A DNA stretch of 62,849 nucleotides, filler included, from Vannella sp. (lineage: Eukaryota), in the NCBI GenBank assembly GCA_023345925.1. It is 6 parts of 6 records of this genome, joined end to end, with 100 filler letters (N's around TTAATTAATTAA, not from the genome) between each part and the next. Parts side by side here need not be neighbours in the genome. Positions count along the whole stretch, not along the records: positions 46,609 to 59,733 come from JAJQQN010000112.1; positions 59,834 to 62,849 come from JAJQQN010001306.1; 4 more parts are not named here. One strand, written 5' to 3'. Shown one piece after another: positions 48,223 to 60,257 of this stretch. A program made the translations under genes and the position numbers. Position 1 is the stretch's first letter. Each line of letters starts with the position of its first letter. The notes beneath the pieces were generated by a model. It did no database searches. It was given only the letters and a program-made list of their open reading frames with translations, and was not told the origin of the DNA.

Positions 48223-49702
48223 ATGGCGCGCCGAGCCCGGAAGGAGCTTCAAGTCTGGCTGGCAGACGCCCCTCGACGGGAAGACGCTTTCCTTGCTGAC
48301 CTCGACTCCTCTCTGACTCGAGAACAACGCGCTTGGTTGCCTCCCCGCTGCGAAGGACAAACAATAGAGGTGGATGTGGATACCCTCGACGACAGCATCC
48401 TCCAGCTCTCAGCAGGTCATACAGATGCGCTTCATGCTGACATGATATCAGCACGGAAGCTACGAGACTACTACTCGTCTTGGGACAAGTTTGAAGACTC
48501 ACCAGCCTCCTCTGTCTCCCCTCCCACTCCCACTCCCGTTCCAGCGGGCTCTAGGAAGCCTACCAAGCTAGAGGAGCTCTCTGCAATGAACAAGACCAAA
48601 GCAAACGAGCAGAAGGAAGCAGGTAACGAGCACTTCAAGGCGGGGCGATGGGTCGAAGCCATCGCGTGTTACTCCAAAGCGATGGCCTTTGATCCAAGCA
48701 ACGAAGTGTATCCACTTAACCGTGCCATGGCAGCTATCAAGACAGAGGACTGGAAGCTTGTGGTGGAAGACAGCGATCGCGCGATCACTTTGGACACGCG
48801 ATCGGTGAAGGGCTTCTTTCGCAAGGCGACTGGACACTTCCATTTGCAGGAGTGGGATGCCTCTCAAGCTGCTCTTCAACAAGCGCTCCTTCTGGAGCCT
48901 AAGAACGCTCCTGCAAGGACTTTGCTCAAGAAGGTGGAAGCAGCAAAGATCTCTTCATCTGATAGCTCAGTGGCAGTGGAAGATGTCATAACACCTGTCT
49001 TTGCTTCCACTGTACCATCTCCGGTGCCAAAGGAGCCCTCTATTGAGGAAGAAAAGCTCCTCGTTCCCCTTTCCACTCGATTAGTCACTACTACTCCCTC
49101 TCTACCCTCTCAAAGGGAGACTACTAGTCTCATGAAAGAAAACACAGTCTCTCAAAGTAGCTCAACCCTTCCTGAGCCTCCCACACCTACAAAAGCTCCA
49201 TCATTGACCACTCTGAAGCCTTCTGTACCCTCTACAGTACCTACAACAGCGTTCGAGTTCGAAAGAGTGTATGTGAACCTCAAGAAGCATCCAGAACAGC
49301 TCTTCGAGTACATACGGAGGATCCCTGCGGATTCCTTTGCGAAGATCTTCAAGAACTCGATGAGCACAGACATCTTCTCCGCTGTCTTGAAGTGCATCTC
49401 CACCCCTATTGATGAGTAAGCTACTCAACTTCGTAAACTGGCATCTCCTCACAGATCAAGCAGCGATCAGCCCGCAACCGACTTCGCCTTGCGATGTTTA
49501 GCCAGTATCGCAGCTACCGCCCGCTTTGACACTCTCGTCATGTTCATGTCTACATCAGAGAAGCAAAGTACGTTCAGACCCGCCCCTTTGGTACCGTAAG
49601 GGTCTGTACTAAGTCTTGGTAGCTATCAAGAGCCTCGTAGAACATCCTTCAGCACCCAATGACCTACGTAACGTTGTGAGTGCAAAGTATAAAGTGCTTT
49701 AG
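48223..49702 (+). CDS. RPAP3: RPAP3/SPAG1-like TPR co-chaperone with RPAP3 C-terminal domain
   Basis: DYYSSWDKF; KEAGNEHFKAG...NRAMA TPR clamp; PTTAFEFER...KIFKNS; RFDTLVMFMS; two 3' introns. Confidence 0.82.
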
Positions 49703-49735
49703 CGTGGTCTCTAGCCTCATTAGCTGCTCCTACGC

Positions 49736-50515
49736 ATGTCTGGAACCGCCCGCGTGCTTCGGGACTTGGAGAAGATCAACCAGGACCCTCCACCAGGCAT
49801 TGCAGTATGGCCTAAGGAAGAAGGAGTAGTAACAGTACTAGAAGCAAGTAAGAGACGAGGTGATCTGATGCTGTGGAGGGAGAGACTGAAGGGAAGGAAG
49901 GTATGAGCGGTCCGCAGGATTCTCCGTACGAGGGAGGCTCCTTCCGCTTGGAGATGAACTTTCCTAGTAACTACCCACATGCACCTCCTAATGTGACATT
50001 CGTGACGCCCGTCTATCACCCGAACATCGACTCTGGAGGCCGAATCTGTCTGGACTTGTTGAAGCAGCCTCCCACTGTGAGTAGGTATCGCTCTGAGACA
50101 GTCAAGGTAGTGACTATGATATAGGGCACTTGGAACCCAATGCAGAGTATCGCCAGCCTCTTAAAGAGCATCCAACTGCTCCTCTCGTATCCCAACCCGG
50201 ATGATCCTCTCATGGCTGACATTGTAAGCACTTCTGAGAGATACTAGACCCAGCCAAGTCTAACAGAGCGTCCAGAACAAAGAGTACATGGAGGATCGGC
50301 ATCTGTTTGAGACAAAGGCGAGGAATCTCACACAAAAGCATTCCGTTAGAGATGACTCTGAGCCTCCATTGAAGAAGCAGAAGGCCAACCATCAAGATGA
50401 AGATCATCCCAGTGATAGCGAAGATAGTGAGGCCTCTCTGAGCGATTCAGATGCCGAAGAATCCCCCAAGTCACCCACTTTGGTAGGGGAGAAGAGAAAG
50501 AGGGATTCTCTCTGA
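49736..50515 (+). CDS. UBE2T: Ubiquitin-conjugating enzyme E2, UBE2T-like
   Basis: PPPGIAVW, GPQDSPYEGG, HPNIDSGGRICLDLLKQPP|GTW, PNPDDPLMADI, basic/acidic tail. Confidence 0.8.
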
Positions 50516-50584
50516 GACCAGAAGTGACTCCAAGTGAAGGAAATGAAGGTTTAAGAGATACAAAGAGAGAGAAGATGGGCAGTG

Positions 50585-52946
50585 TTAGTCAGACAAAGAG
50601 ACACGCAAAGAGAATGGGCCAACAGTGATAATGCTGGAGTGGTGCAGAGACATTTTCTGTTCCTTTCCAATCCAGGAACCATCCACCGTCATACCATTGC
50701 GCCCAAGGCAAGTGAGGCGGTAAAAGTTTCCAGAAGGAACCCAGTCAATCGCCACGTGGTTATGAGAGACCCTTCGGACTTGGTCTGAATCCATATACTT
50801 GGTTAGATTGAGGGTAACGCCTGTTCGGTCGTTGATGTCAGCGCGGCCTATGATGAAAGTGGACATTGTTCCTTTAAAGACCTCCACCACCTTGTCCATG
50901 CCCGGCCCAGTGATGGTGAAAGTGAGATCCTTGGGAGAAGGTTTTTTCGCGCGAGGTTTCTTGGGAACCGTGTTGACGACAGCAGAGTCTGATTGGCGCA
51001 GAGAAACCTTTGGTTTCTTCTCTCTTTGTGCCCACAATGGAATGGGCTTGACCTCTTCTTTGGTACCAAATTCGTCATCTTCCATTGCCTCCTCTTCTTC
51101 TGACAGCTCGGAAGAGGACTCTAAAGCAAAACGGTCAAGCTCTTCCCACAAGTTGCGGTCCTTTGGTGTGCCGCGTTCCCGTAGAATGTGAATTTCCCCA
51201 TTCACTTGCATGAGGCGCTGCCACGCTGTGAATTGAGTCATCAACGGTGCCAGTCGGGAGAAGGTGGCAACTGCATCGTTAGAGCTCTCGCTAGCCAGAG
51301 CTATGGTGCTCCCCATAACTTCCTCCAGGGCTTGCATCTGGGCAGTCTCGACAGCTCCAACAAACTCTCCCACACTTCCTGTGGGCTTCCTCCGCATGAT
51401 CTCCGTTGTTACCTTTTGGGAAGTTCTCGAACTAGTCGAGTTTTGCTGCTATTCCTTCAGTTAGTATGATGCCGCCTTCTATTCTGATATCTGGTACCTT
51501 CTGATGAGTTATCTGTGCGCGGGTTGGCGGATCCTAAAGTACTTGTGAGAATCAGGGGTGGGCTTAGGAGAGGTGTGTTACCAATTGGGAGGCTATGAGA
51601 GACTCTGGAGTGAGTTTCATGGACTTTCGGGGGACCTCTGAAGGGAGAAGAGCGTAGGGGAAGAAGTCTAACGACACCGAGTCCTCCGGAAGGAGGTGAA
51701 TGCCATCAGGAATCATCGCCCCTGTCATGGTAGGGGGCTCCACGTCATTCTTTTCGTTGTGCTCTGGACAATACCATCCACGAGGGGGCCGATGATACAA
51801 CATTGGCTCTAAACAGTACAAATGATACGCTTTGACGCAACGGCTGCATGACACGTAGGTACAAAGATTAGGAAACATCTCCTTCTTGCACACAGAGCAT
51901 TCCAAAGCGAACATCTGGAAGGGTGTCAGCCTGCCCCATTTGTGCGAAAAACACAAGTCCGCTCCTTTCAACCATTCCCCGTTTGGAATAGCCCTGGATG
52001 CTTCTTGTGGATAGAATGGATAGATGGGATAGGTGATGAGGGAGAGGAGAGGGAGAGGAGCAAAGGGGAGGTGGAACTGTCATGGGGGGAGGGAGAACGT
52101 CCGCTGTAGCTTACCCTGGTCTTCTTGCCTCGTTTGCCCTCGCCAAAAGTGGGTAGAAGAATGTCTTTGATCTCTTCTGTGGGCTCAAACTGACGGGGGT
52201 TGCTCATCTTCAACTTGGAGAAGAGAGGACCCATTCCCGAGGGCCGTTTGTGCGTCCTACTCCCTCCAGGCTTGTTCTATCACCCAAACCACGATCAGTA
52301 CGATCCAAAGGCCTCCCCAGCAACGTACCAAGACCGAGCACTTGGTACAACTCCAGTGCCCTTCGGGCACTTGGTACAGAGGCGGATCCAAGCAACCCAA
52401 GTGGAAGGAATGCGGGCAACTATCACAACACAACAGCGGCCCACCCTCATCGCACGCCGAACACAGGCTCTGGTTGATCATGGCCCGGTCCCGCCGCTGG
52501 CTCAAGAAGAGCAGAAAAAGACCTCTTTTGGCCTTCTTTCCTTTCCTGCTTCCTCTCTTCTTCAACCTCCTTGACAGACCAATGAAATAGAACCACCCAG
52601 CGAGCCCCAACGCCACGGAACGTCCAAATGGGAGGAACTGGCGGTCTTGCGGGGGATTGGGCCGTTCCTTTGCAGGGGGAATGGGGATGATGTTTGGCGT
52701 TACTAAGGGCGGTGGGAGGACAGGTGGGAAGGAGCGGCTGCTCTGTACAGAAGGAAGTGAGCGCACGAAGTTCTCCAGAACAGAAGGGGCCTTCCAGTAT
52801 TCCTTCTGCTGACTCTGTCCATCAAAGCACGCCTTTAAAAGCTCTCTTTCAAGAGGAGAGCTCTTTCTGAGAGGAAACTGGCTGAGGAGTGCCCTCCAAG
52901 CTTGCCGAGATAAAGGACGCCTGTTCGGACTCGCTTTTGGTGTCAA
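50585..52946 (-). CDS. PHF12/Rco1-like protein: two PHD fingers plus C-terminal FHA domain (Sin3/Rpd3S-type subunit)
   Basis: CSACDEGGPLLCCDSCPHSFHLGCLDPP; NPRQF; CSVC...CSRC...YHLYCL...WYCPEH; LPEDSVSLDF; IIGR...VSHNH...GRNG (FHA). Start uncertain. Confidence 0.78.
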
Positions 52947-53073
52947 GGGAACGCAGAAGACAGTGGCATGTCAAGAGAAGAATAAGAATGACAGGAAAGG
53001 GGCGGAGCTTGAAGATATTTAAGTGTTCCAAAAAAGGCAAAAGGAGATTAATTTTTCGTTGCCGCTCTCTTTC

Positions 53074-56000
53074 ATGCAAGGGGACGACTTGGCTGCTCTC
53101 TCTGGTAGTGGGGAACCTGGAGATTTCGTGCAAGTTCTGAAGACGAGGGCAGAAGCGAAGCAAGCCTTTGTGAGTGAGAAGAAGTGGTTTGAACAAAGAC
53201 TGACCTCTTCCTACGACAGACCTGGATTGGCGCTTCTTTGCTTCATTATGGGCCTGCGAAAGAGTCTCTCCTCTATGATACACTCAATGACCGCTGCCGT
53301 TCCTTCTACATCGACCCCGAACTCGAACAAGCTTCCCCCCATCCATTCGCCTTGGCCAATCGCGCCCTCCAAAACATCACCAAAGGCAAGCCACACCCTC
53401 TTCACACCTCCACCCCACCTCCCATCCCTTACAACCCTCCTAGGAAGTCAATCCGACCAAATGATTGTCCTTCTGGGACAACAAAGCGACGCCAAGAGGA
53501 GAATGATGGCCGAGGTGCGCTTCTTCTTCCTTGAGAACTGCTTCCCGAAGATAGAGCAAAGCGTCTTCGATGGAGTGGACTTCTCACTTCATCTGCTGAC
53601 CTCTTCTTGTGCGTCTGTTGGAGGTTATCGGAGTGAATGTGCGCTTGTGTACTCGTTTTCGTTCGCTTCGTTGAACCACAACCTGGTTGGCTTCTTTGTG
53701 GATGTTCGTAACGTGGAACTGGTGAGTGAGCGTCGAAGGGGAGTGGAAGAGAGTCACTGATGTGGTTGAAAGGAGCGGTTGACGTGTTCAGACCATCAGG
53801 ATGGTGGGTTTGTGATGATAGAGGTGTTCATACATGCTCTTTATGAAGGCATGCTACCTGGTATCTTCAAACCTTACGCTAATCGAGAGAAATACTCGTT
53901 TGTCTACCAAGCTTTCGAAGTTCTCTCTCCTGAGACTAAAGAGAGGTACTCTCTCTACGCTGTGACCTTCCAGGTAAACCAATCCTTGCTTAGACTACTG
54001 AACGCCCACTCACTGTCCATGCAGGAGACCATGGAGGCTATTGGGATGAGCAAAGGCCTCATCAACGAGGTGTATCGCGTCCTCATGGCCATCATCCTGC
54101 TTGGCAACGTCACCTTCACTGAAGTGAAAGGGAGAACAGCCCCTGTAAGCGCGGCAACCATGAAAAGTGTCTGCCAGATGGTCGCGTGTGGACTTCCTCA
54201 GAAACTGGAGGCTCTCCTCTGCAAAGGAACCACTCCAACAGGTGCTCAACGTCGGAGAGACTTCCTGGCGCAGGTTTGGTACCGTTCTGTGATCGATATC
54301 GTCGTCAATCAGACAAACGCGTTCCTCTCTTCTCGCTTTGGGTCTCTTTCCGAAGGGCACCAATCACGTGCTGTTCATGTTCTTATGAGTCCTGGGTTTG
54401 AGACCAAAGCAGTCTCTTTGGTAGGTTGTAAAGGGCGGTACTGAAGCGACACTGAAGAGTATATCTAGAATGCACTTCCTCAACTTCACAGGAACTACAC
54501 TCAGGAGTGGCTCCTCCACTTCTACTACATAGACATGTTCTCTTCGGAGTATTTGGACCTTCAGAAGCAACAGTCGACGTCTTCCCAACAAGTTGAAGAG
54601 TCCGCTCCTCCGGATAATGCCGGTCCATTGAACCTCCTCCTCAATGTAAGGGCTCTGCTTGTCATAGAACAAGGGCGAAGACCATTCGACTCACTTCTGG
54701 AGAAGCTGGACCAACAAGCAGGGAAGAGAGCTCCTGGACTTCTTCATATCCTTGAGGAATGCAGTGCTCAAGAGGCCACAAGTGCTAATTGTATACAAGT
54801 GAGTCCCTGCACACTACTTGGTCGAGTTACTAACCCTATCAGGCTATCAAGGAACGCTGCAAAGATCGAAACGGGCTGGAAATGACCGAAGATACCTCAG
54901 AGATGGTTCTTTCCCACTTCAATAGTGGAGTCAAGGTAGCCTATGATGTAGGAGAGATCCTCTCCTTCAATGGAGTGCCCCTCCCACAGGAACAAGTGTA
55001 CGAACTGAATGCACAATGTTCTATTTCCTTCTTGGTGGAGTGGCGTTGCTTGAGAACCTTCCTTCCAGCCATTGAGCGGTTCAAAGTGGAGACAAAGTAT
55101 CTGATTCGCATGCTCTCAGCATCAGATCGGCAGTATGGAAGCACTCTTCTCTTCTCTGGCTTAGAAGACTCTTCCTTTGTTCAAGAGATGCTCGTTTTGG
55201 AGCTTCAGCCACTCATTCGAGTACACAAGTTTGGCTTCCCTCTTCGGCTTCCCTTTCAGACGTTTCTCGATAACTTTCAGCTTCTGGAGACGGACAAAAG
55301 CGCCAAGTCACTTCGAGAACGTTGCCTTCAACTGCTCCTGGGTGTCTCTTCCCTCCGTACTTCCGACTATGTTGTCACAGAAACGCATGTGTTCATGAAG
55401 CATGACAAGGAGAGGGCCATGGTGTCTGCTCTTTGGGAGAAAACAGGAAGAGACCAACGCTCTTACTCGCGTTCTCGGGCTCAGACATGCGGAGAACTGT
55501 TTCCCAGGGGTATGGAGATGAGCAATCTTCTTGAGAGATACACCAAATGTATCGAGGAGCTTGAGGGGCCGTTCCGGACGGGCCCTGAACCCAATCAACC
55601 AAGAATGTCGATTCCTGAGGTTCCAGAAGTGCCAGAAGACATCTTTGACGATCCCCGTCTTCGCTCTGAATCAATCTACTTCCAAAGCCCTCCAATCGTT
55701 GTGGAGGAGCCGCCGGAACCCGCCAGGGGGACAATTCCAGCCTACAAGGATGAAAGAGTCGACGCGTTAGCCTCTTTAGAAGGCAAAGGCCGGGCTCTCC
55801 TCGTCATGATGAGCGCGCTTGGACAGTATGATCGTATGCAACCGGTCCTCCAGTGCATGAGGATCGTTTTCTCCTCTGCAGCGTTCGATCCCGCTTGGGA
55901 AGACCGCAAGCAGCAGCTCTCCCAGGCCATTGAGACCTTCCACATCAGTGCCTATCAATCAGAGAAGTCCATCCTCCACTACGACTCTCCCAAACTCAGC

Positions 56001-57267
56001 ACACAAGTAGGAGGGGTCTACGGGGAGGTCCATCGGTTGGAGACTCTCGTGGATGAGATGCAGCGGCACCGTAATGGAGTCATTCAGTATGAAAGAGCAG
56101 TAGAGCTCATCTCTTTGAGCAAGAGGAGACTAGAGCACGAGCTCTACACTCAGGCGCACTATCGCAACTTTGACTTCATGACGAGAATTGTCCAGTCTTT
56201 GGCACTTCTTTGGCGCTCTGGTGATCCTCAGGAGAGTATCAGAGAGTACATCATCTCACAAGGCATCATTGAGCTTCTTCTGGTGCTCCTAGCAGATGTA
56301 TCTTCGAACTATTCACTCAAGTACACCATTGCTGTGACCATCCGCCTTCTCTCCTCCCATCCACACGTTATCCGCTGGTTCGCAGAAGGAAATGGCATAC
56401 GATGCTTACTTCAAGTGATGTCCCACTTCTACGACACGTCTCTGGGGACTGTGGCCCCGGTCAGTCTGATTCCAGAATATCACTTGACAGTCTCCAATCT
56501 CCTCCAATGCTTCCTCACTCTCTCGAAAGATGATGGCTTTGTTACTAGCTTGCTCCATATCCTGCGCTTCCACCGTATCTCGGAGAGCTTTAACGTTCCT
56601 CTCATTTTACGAAAAGGATTGTCCTTCCATCATGACGTGGAGTCCCTCCGGATCATCCTCAGGTAAGGGAGCGTTGAAATTGATAGTATATTGACGTTTT
56701 GTAAGCCTGGTGGAAGTCCTGGCTCGAGTGTATGGGCCAAGTTCTGAGTATCTGAGCTCAGGCTTGATGAAGTCTCTGTTTCAGTTACTGGATGATTCTC
56801 GCCTATTCTACGAGACAGGGTTCCTCCTTTCTGTGTTGTACATGCCTGAGTACCTGCCTCTCACTGGATCTCTTGACGAAGTAGCTATCGGGGCAATCTC
56901 GCTGCTGTTGAAGCATACAGTGTTGTCCGCTCCCTCTGCCTCTTCTCGATTAGTTCAGACTCATTTCGAGAGGTATTCTTTCATCATGACCCAACTCACT
57001 TCCTCTTCGTACGTGAATTGGCCTTTCCTTGTAGTAAGTCACTTACTCACTTCCTTGGGATCAAGTCTCTTGTGTCAGAGAGAGTTTCGACTGCTTTTAG
57101 GGGACCAGATGCTTCGTTGCTTCCTTCAAGAGGGCCAAGAAGTCAGGGTGAAGCACCTCATCCAGTTCTGCTACCAATTGAAGAACACTCCGGACGGTCT
57201 GAAGCGCCTTCTGACACTTTGCGACGAGAAAATGGAAGAAGGAGGACTCCATTGGACAAGCCAATAA
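53074..57267 (+). CDS. Highly divergent myosin-motor-like protein with helical (ARM-like) tail, probable pseudo-ATPase
   Basis: Colinear myosin landmarks: PPHL, DQMIVLLG, MEAIGM...VLMAIILLGNVTF, RDFLAQVWY...VVNQTN, PGFE, GLLHILEE, GFPLRLPFQTF, THVFMK; multi-exon. Confidence 0.72.
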
Positions 57268-57394
57268 GCTCATTCGATCAATCATCGGCCACGTTCGCAT
57301 AACTCCCACTCTTTGACTTTCAGTGAGAACCTCTTTTCCACTCCTTTCCAGAGGTCGAAAGGCCACTTTATCTCCTCTCTGACTTACAAATCGT

Positions 57395-58176
57395 TCACTC
57401 TCCCATAGCGCGTCGCTTTCTGGGGTTGAAAGCAGCTGGGGAGGGAGTGGCACTCGATCCATTCAGTTTCCATTGGACAAAGTCAGTTGCTGTTCGGTAG
57501 GCTATTTGGTACACTGTAGAGCATAGTTAGAGGTAGAAGGTTATACGGTTGCATACGTACGCTTGTACTCTGACTGTGAGAAGGAATGAGTGAAGAGGGG
57601 AGTCGAAGACCGTGTAGCTTGAAGAGAGAAGCAATGATTGAGGAGAAGGCCCCATCGCAGGCCCCATGCCCGCTCAATCACTTTGGATAGGTCGTGAAGA
57701 CCCATCTTCTCTCTGTCTTGGATGTTAGGATGCGTTGTTCTGCTCAAGCGGAGAAGTAACTTGCAGATGAGCCAATCGATCCGCTACCTCGTAGTAGTAG
57801 GCGTTGCGGCGGAACGATATGTTCTGTGGATCAGCGCGAAGACTCTCCTTAAATGGCCCTTGGGTAGCGTAGGAGCGAGGAATCTTCAGATTGACGAAGC
57901 CGCGGTTGAAAAGCTCCTCAGCCAACCACCAACTGACATCTATCTTCGCTCCCTCTTTGATCTGCAAGCACCAGAAGTTAGATAGGCTCCTTGTGTATTC
58001 GCAACACCCACATCACCCTCAGGATCAGCACTAGCAGGTGCCAAGGACCCAATCGTGCGCACATCATTGCGTAGAACCACCTGGAACTTCTACCTCCCCT
58101 CTCAGCCCCACTCCCACAAGATGCCACTAACCTCCTCCTCCGCAAGGATGCTGTCAATGTCCCAATAAGCCGCCAT
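57395..58176 (-). CDS. GINS3: GINS complex subunit 3 (Psf3)
   Basis: YWDIDSILAEEE, GAKIDVSWWLAEEL, LRADPQNISFR...YYY; multi-exon. Confidence 0.85.
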
Positions 58177-58275
58177 CCCCAAAATGAAAGTTTCCCGCCC
58201 TTTTCCTAAAGACTCCTCCTTTTCCCTTTCCTTTTGCCCTTTACCATCAGGTGCCCCATCATTGTTTGAAGTCTG

Positions 58276-58832
58276 ATGGGAGCGCGGGTCTCCACGGACT
58301 ACCAACAACGCATCCTCTTGGACCAGATTGCAGCAAGGAAGTTCGACTTTGCTGGCCTTAACAGGAACGAAAGGACGCTTTTAGAACGCTTTCTACTAAG
58401 CTTCAAGGTAGACGGGGGTCAGCTCGCCCTGAATCGTGATGATTCGCTCTCCCTTCTGACGTTTATCGCCAAGTACAAGTTGCCAGATGACCGGAACCCC
58501 TATTCACAGGCACTCGGTAGGAGATACTAGTTCTACGAACCAGCATGCTTACGCTGGAGGAGATTGGCTGTTTCAATACGACCGAGATAAGGACGGGGGA
58601 CTTGTTTGGACCGAGTTCCTCAGCGTCATTCGAGTCCTAGTGCAGGGCCAGACGCAAACAGCATCTATTCAAGCAGACTCGCACGTAGAGGACCATTCAG
58701 GTGGTCAACAAGACACTGTGCTTCCACAGAGAGCTGAGGAGCCCTAGAAATGTCTCCTCTGCCTGGTTCGGCCAGTGCAAAGTGTATATACAAGTTTCAG
58801 AGATCTTCTATTGCATGTTCTGCCTCCTCTAG
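58276..58832 (+). CDS. Small EF-hand protein with N-myristoylation consensus
   Basis: MGARVS; YDRDKDGGLVWTEF EF-loop; 3' end uncertain (58747 or 58832). Confidence 0.6.
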
Positions 58833-59719
58833 AACTTCAGAATCACCTCTGTCATGCCGGGGGTGTACACAACAAACTCATCACCTGGGATCACTTGCTG
58901 GGGACTGGGGAAGTTCAATGCCACGGATATCCATTGATTTCTACTCCCCATACAGTAAGAAAGCTTGAAAGAAGGAGCAAAGGGGGTCCCCTTACTGTTT
59001 GATGGGGATCTTGTTAGCGACAGCGGTGTTAATGAACTTGATAAGCGTCCGGAGGGGGTTCTCTTCATCTGTGTGGCCTGTCTCTTGGGTAAGCTTACGG
59101 TTGACATAGATACAAGCCTCAATGGAGGACATGTCATTGTCCATCCAGCTCCCGCGCTCTCCAATGAAGAGTTGTCCAGCTCGGCAATGGTCTGCAATGT
59201 AATTGGCAAGTTCGTCCTCCGTATTCTCTACGGGATAGTCGTAACGTGAAGAAGAGACCTCCACGGACGTCCTCATTTCGGCGATCTTTGACTGGATGGA
59301 GAAGTCATCAACCTTCTCTTCAATGTCTGAGGCGATACGGAAGGTGTAATGAGGCTCAAGACGAGGCTCATTAAAGTTTGCGAGCTTCAAAGTGGCTGCT
59401 GCGGTCTCATGCACATTACTCTGGAATAATCGTCCATAAATAGGATGCTTGATATCGAAGCGATCCTTCAGCTCCTGATTAGATCACCCATCACGCATTC
59501 ATAGGCCATCCAGAGTCGTACCTGTGTCTTCATCGTGTCCAACACCTTCCAACCAACCACAGGCAGTCCCAGAAGAGCGTGGCTCTCCGCAGCCATCGCA
59601 TACCCCTCCGCTTCATTCCTCGGTGCAATACCAAGAGGCCAAGCAGAGATCTTATAAACAGGAGCCTTCCTGAACGCCTCCGACAACAACTCAGCGCCTT
59701 TCGCAATGCGAGTTGCCAT
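58829..59719 (-). CDS. 2-keto-4-pentenoate hydratase (MhpD/HpcG)-like, FAH superfamily, divergent
   Basis: EGYAM...VVGWK, PRLEPHYTF, VEVSSSRY, IADH...G, NPL, VIPGDEF...PGMTEVILKF; spliced. Confidence 0.65.
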
Positions 59720-59733
59720 GCCAACAACCTTTG

Positions 59734-59833
59734 NNNNNNNNNNNNNNNNNNNNNNNNNNNNNNNNNNNNNNNNNNNNTTAATTAATTAANNNNNNNNNNN
59801 NNNNNNNNNNNNNNNNNNNNNNNNNNNNNNNNN
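59734..59833. other. Artificial contig spacer
   Basis: N44-TTAATTAATTAA-N44. Confidence 0.97.
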
Positions 59834-60149
59834 CAACTAATATTGGTTGCAGAGAATGCTTACTACTTTGCAAATCGTCCAGTTCTGCATCTACGGAGTT
59901 GCCGCACTTTCTCATCTGGCTCTCACTATTCAGAACCTTTCAGTGAAGTTCGATAGTGACAACGGATCTGGAGTAGGATCGCTTGTTTCTTTCTCATACT
60001 CCTACACCCACGGATGCAAAGGAGACCTCTGGATCTTGGCTGTGTCCCTCTTCGTGAACATCACCATTCTTTCCCTCTTCCTTAACTTCTTTAACAAGAG
60101 CTACAGCCAGCCAGCGCCTCCTAAGCCGCAGAAGAGCAAGCGAAAGTGA
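59834..60149 (+). CDS. ELO/GNS1/SUR4 fatty-acid elongase, 3' fragment
   Basis: WLQRMLTTLQIVQF...LSLFLNFFNKSY, C-terminal KSKRK ER-retrieval-like tail. Confidence 0.82.
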
Positions 60150-60257
60150 ACGGAAATTTCGCGATAAATTCAACATTCCCCCTTCCTTCTCTCACCTTCA
60201 GACAGCCATTTTTTCCTCTGCAAATATATTTTTCTGGTCCTCAGCGTCCGGGAGGAG

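Noticed and set aside
46993..48360. 455-aa antisense ORF over AHCY
   Set aside because: Expected shadow of strong C/T-ending codon bias in a highly expressed gene; no recognisable motifs.
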